A stretch of DNA of 63,512 nt, counting the filler, from Octopus bimaculoides (lineage: Eukaryota): the NCBI RefSeq assembly GCF_001194135.2. It is 5 parts of 5 records of this genome, joined end to end, with 100 filler letters (N's around TTAATTAATTAA, not from the genome) between each part and the next. Parts side by side here need not be neighbours in the genome. Positions count along the whole stretch, not along the records: positions 61,589 to 63,512 come from NW_026302929.1; 4 more parts are not named here. The stretch is one strand, 5' to 3'. Position 1 is the first letter of the stretch. Each line of letters starts with the position of its first letter. Under the pieces are notes generated by a model that had not been told where the DNA came from, searched no databases, and saw nothing but the letters and a program-made list of their open reading frames with translations. A program made the translations under genes and the position numbers. Positions 62,401 through 63,512 of this stretch are shown piece by piece.

Positions 62401-63237
62401 NNNNNNNNNNNNNNNNNNNNNNNNNNNNNNNNNNNNNNNNNNNNNNNNNNNNNNNNNNNNNNNNNNNNNNNNNNNNNNNNNNNNNNNNNNNNNNNNNNNN
62501 NNNNNNNNNNNNNNNNNNNNNNNNNNNNNNNNNNNNNNNNNNNNNNNNNNNNNNNNNNNNNNNNNNNNNNNNNNNNNNNNNNNNNNNNNNNNNNNNNNNN
62601 NNNNNNNNNNNNNNNNNNNNNNNNNNNNNNNNNNNNNNNNNNNNNNNNNNNNNNNNNNNNNNNNNNNNNNNNNNNNNNNNNNNNNNNNNNNNNNNNNNNN
62701 NNNNNNNNNNNNNNNNNNNNNNNNNNNNNNNNNNNNNNNNNNNNNNNNNNNNNNNNNNNNNNNNNNNNNNNNNNNNNNNNNNNNNNNNNNNNNNNNNNNN
62801 NNNNNNNNNNNNNNNNNNNNNNNNNNNNNNNNTGTATATATATATAATTGCTTTTTGTGTGTCCCACCTTGCTAACTATCAGCCATTTTGAAAATAGAAA
62901 ATGGTTGATCATTAGCAAGGAGGGACACACATATAAGAAAGAAGAAAGCAAAGGACCACTGATGAGGTCACAGAAGTGTGACGAAAGAACTCTGGCTGAA
63001 ATAGGATTAATGTAATGTAATGTAATATAAAGCTGAAGCAAATTAACACCAAATATACAGTGCGAGTGTTTTTATTGGCTAAACTGGCAATATGACCATC
63101 CCCAAGTACAACAACATATATATATATATATTTTGTATACTTAATCAGCAGAAGTTACAAAGTGGCTAAAGGGCCATGAGTTTCATGTATGACACTTATC
63201 AAACTTGCCTAAGGTTTCACACACTGTGTAATTTCTA

Positions 63238-63270
<33 letters not shown>

Positions 63271-63512
63271 TAAATACTCATGTAATGGATTTCTGTTTGT
63301 CTTGTTTGCACTGCCAAACTTGTTTGAGTATGTTTATATCAATATATACATACAGCATGTTGGCATATAAATATACATAGGTATGTAAACATTGGCTAAA
63401 TATACATACATACATACATACATACACATATATATACATACATGCATATACTCTCCTGTTGAGAGAGTCCCAGATGAACCTACCTCACAGCAAGAGGTGC
63501 AAATGAGGGTAG

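Overview
AT-rich, microsatellite-dense eukaryotic DNA with about 4.5 kb of N gaps. The repeat families resemble octopus tRNA-derived SINEs, so an octopod cephalopod source is inferred (unverified). I find no supportable host protein-coding gene, rRNA, true tRNA or CRISPR array; nearly all long ORFs in the track are microsatellite or gap artefacts. The window is a layered collection of decayed transposons. It holds R4/Dong-clade RLE LINEs repeatedly embedded in (TAA)n tracts, RTE LINE remnants, Penelope-like elements (RT + GIY-YIG), several mariner/Tc1 remnants, a Merlin transposase remnant, two Helitron helicase remnants (one with a recognisable hairpin-CTAG 3' end), MITEs, and many copies of three SINE families. 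The most interesting signals are: (1) a near-canonical minimal type I hammerhead ribozyme at 58803-58843, with decayed relatives near Penelope-like ends; (2) a ~1.1 kb apparently single-ORF retroposon (HAL1-like hypothesis) bounded by an exact 19-bp direct repeat just downstream of a TATA box; (3) a head-to-tail train of (TAA)n-associated elements including a 538-bp non-coding element; (4) a ~230-bp LINE piece copied in inverted orientation into the neighbouring Penelope. All family calls come from reading motifs by eye; no searches were run, and many boundaries are approximate.
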